DNA of 64,000 bases from the NCBI GenBank assembly GCA_964016885.1, contig OZ024752.1:31248001-31312000 (forward strand), given 5' to 3'. Origin of the DNA: Eledone cirrhosa. Lineage: Eukaryota. Shown piece after piece: positions 61,518 through 64,000 of the stretch. A program made the translations under genes and the position numbers. The first letter of the stretch is position 1. Each line of letters begins with the position of its first letter. The notes under the pieces are model-generated. The model saw only the letters and a program-made list of their open reading frames with translations. It ran no database searches and was not told the origin of the DNA.

Positions 61518-62513
61518 CTAGCCGAATTACCCGCACCTTGCTGCGTTTCACACATTTTTTTTGTAAGAAAATGATGATTGATTTTAAACCAGTGATATAA
61601 TTTATGGAGAAAAACTCTGCATTTCAATATTACTCAATGTAATGCAGGAAAAATTGGAAAACATTATTTTTTGTAATATATCAAATCAAAATTACATTAT
61701 TAAATCTTATTCTTATTTTGTTTCTTATAATAATTTTTTTCAAAATATCATTTCAAAACTTGATCATTTCATTTTTGTGTAAAGCATTATTTTCAAATTA
61801 AAAAAATAAAGTTTAAATTATTTATTTTTTATCATAATAAATACATGAAAATATATTTTCTTCTTTGTCCTAATGAAGATTTTTAGGGTACACAACATTT
61901 CTTGTCTTTCTTTGATTGGCTAAAATGTAGAGATTTTTTTGAAGTTCCAGTCCTTGAAACAGCCACATAAAACATGCCATGACTGAAACATGGGTTTGTC
62001 AGATCTATACCAATAGTTTTGAAAGTTTGACCTTGACTCTTATTGATGCTCATGGCAAAGCATGGTCTCGCTGGGAACTGCAGCCTCTTAAATGTAAAAG
62101 GCATCTCGCTATCACTTGGTATAAGTGGAATCCTCGGAATGAGAAGAGCTTGACCTTTGTAAGTCCAGAATATAATGGTTGCTTCAATCTTGTTACAACA
62201 CATCTTGTTCCATTCATTGGTCAAAATTTTCACTATAGGGGGCTTAACCCCCATTAGGGTGTCTTAATATTATTAAAATTTGCTGAAATTTTGTGAATAG
62301 GCATCATATTTTGTCATTTACTTATGGTTTAAATTTCATATAAATCGAAGGGAAATCATTTTCAGCGGGGGAACCCTTTGATTAAAATGCAATATACCTA
62401 TCCAAGTACCCTGGACAATATAGTTTCAGAATATATATGGTTATGGGGTCTATCTCCAAAACCATAGGAGTTCGTGAACAAACAGTCAGGAACTACAACT
62501 TTATATATATAGA
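61518..62513 (-). mobile_element. Non-autonomous Helitron (~1 kb)
   Basis: 5' A|TCTATATATATAAA; 3' GC-rich subterminal segment ending CTAG|T; internal helicase remnant. Confidence 0.88.
61883..62215 (-). pseudogene. PIF1-like (Helitron RepHel) helicase C-terminal fragment
   Basis: IPRIPLIPSD..PFTFKRLQFP...CFAMSINKSQGQT...GIDL..PCFSHGMFYVAVSR (motifs V and VI). Confidence 0.92.
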
Positions 62514-62725
62514 TATATATGTATAAAAGGCGTGTAAGTTTTATATATGTATATGTGTGTATGTATTATGTTTATATAATGTGTGTATGTATTATGTTTA
62601 TATAATGTGTGTATGTATTATGTTTATGTAATGTGTGTATGTATTATGTTTCTATATATAATGTGCGTATGTATTATATTTATGTAATATATATATAATG
62701 TATGTATTATATTTATATATATAAG

Positions 62726-62913
62726 GGCGGTGGATTGGCAGTATCTGTAGAGGTTCGGATGCCATGCTTTGCAGCCAAGAGTTACGGCCCTTTATGATCT
62801 GAGTTCAAATCCCGCCGAGGTTAACTTTGCCTTTCATCCTTACGGGATCGATAAAATAAAGTACCAGTAATGCACTGGGTAATTGCTGGCCTTGTGCCAA
62901 AAGTAGAAACAAT

Positions 62914-62914
<1 letters not shown>
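62726..62914 (+). mobile_element. Full-length tRNA-derived SINE; another on the minus strand at 63713-63899
   Basis: GGCGGTGGATTGGCAG...GAGTTCAAATCCCGCC...AGTAGAAACAATTAT. Confidence 0.88.
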
Positions 62915-62945
<31 letters not shown>

Positions 62946-63275
62946 TTTATAAATATATATATAATGATTCCAACCGTGACCATCCCCACTGAAAGTTTCG
63001 TGAAATAGTCTTTTAAGACTATACAGAGCATTTGTAGTTTTTCCAAATTGAAGTATGAGTATTTTAAACTTTATTTTATCATGAGTTAAGGCTCTGTTGA
63101 TTTTTCCCTGGATTTCACCAAATTCTGTGGATGAATCTATATCCTGATTCTTTTTGAATTGAGTTTGAATTATTTTCCCACATCTTACGTTAACTATTTT
63201 TCCATTTGACGCTATAGTCACTTATATACTATGGAATACTGTTGGCTTCTTGCTACAATACTTTCTATACTTTTC

Positions 63276-63317
<42 letters not shown>

Positions 63318-64000
63318 CGAAGGAAATGTGGTAAGGAACCAGGTGGACGTACTCAATACTTAGGGTAGCAGAGTGGGTAATAGGAACGAGTAGGACCCCG
63401 ACGGCTGAGCTCAAGCCATTTCGACGGCTAATTGTGGACTAAAAAAAAAAAAAAAAATTAGCCGTCGAAACGGCTTGAGCTCAGCCGTCGGGGTCCTACT
63501 CGTTCCTATATATATATATATATATATATAATGTATATATGTATTGTTGATATATATAATATATATAATATATATATATAATATATATTGTGTGTATGTA
63601 TTGTTGATATATATAATATGTATATATATATACTCGTATATATTATGTGAATATATTTATATATATATATTTATATATATATATATATATATACGTCACA
63701 TGAGAATAAACATAATTGTTTCTACTTTTGGCACAAGGCCATCAATAACCCAATACATTACTGGTACTTTATTTTATTGACCCCGTAAAGATGAAAGGCA
63801 AAGTTAACCTCGGCGGGATTTGAATTCAGACTGTAAAGGGACGTAACTATGCTAGAAAGCATGGCGTCCACCCCTCTACCGATACTGCCAATTCACCGCA
63901 ATGATGCTATGTTGATACTGTATGTATGTATGTATGTATGTATGTATAATTATTTTTAATTGACTAAAGCTTGGCAGACTGTGTATAATTTTTTGTACGC

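Noticed and set aside
62913-63221. 102-aa ORF between TA tracts
   Set aside because: No recognisable motif, non-ATG start, runs into microsatellite.
32215-63899. A/B boxes as tRNA genes
   Set aside because: They are SINE heads followed by the SINE core; no cloverleaf is evident.

Overview
AT-rich eukaryotic DNA, probably from an octopus or other coleoid cephalopod (inferred from the tRNA-derived SINE families, not verified). No recognisable host gene. The first ~31 kb is a nest of Penelope-like retroelements (PLEs; RT + GIY-YIG endonuclease) inserted in ~10 kb of (TA)n/TTTA(TA)n arrays. It holds four Naiad-type families, two other PLE families (one apparently intact, 876 aa, with 174-bp direct pLTRs), a non-coding 561-bp retrozyme-like unit and several fold-back pLTR remnants. 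Hand-folding gives more than 20 type I hammerhead ribozyme (HHR) motifs from about 14 sequence families, several with non-canonical cores (U3:A8, C4, A4). A recurring architecture is two head-to-head arms, one ending in a 'tail' and one ending at a fixed tail-less site, both running into TA; twice the two arms come from different PLE families. The remaining 33 kb holds SINEs, MITEs, a hAT element carrying a 55-bp array, three GC-richer satellites, LINE fragments, a non-autonomous Helitron and more HHR-bearing PLE remnants. Almost all long ORFs in the supplied track (IYIY..., GGGEHCT..., etc.) are repeat artefacts.
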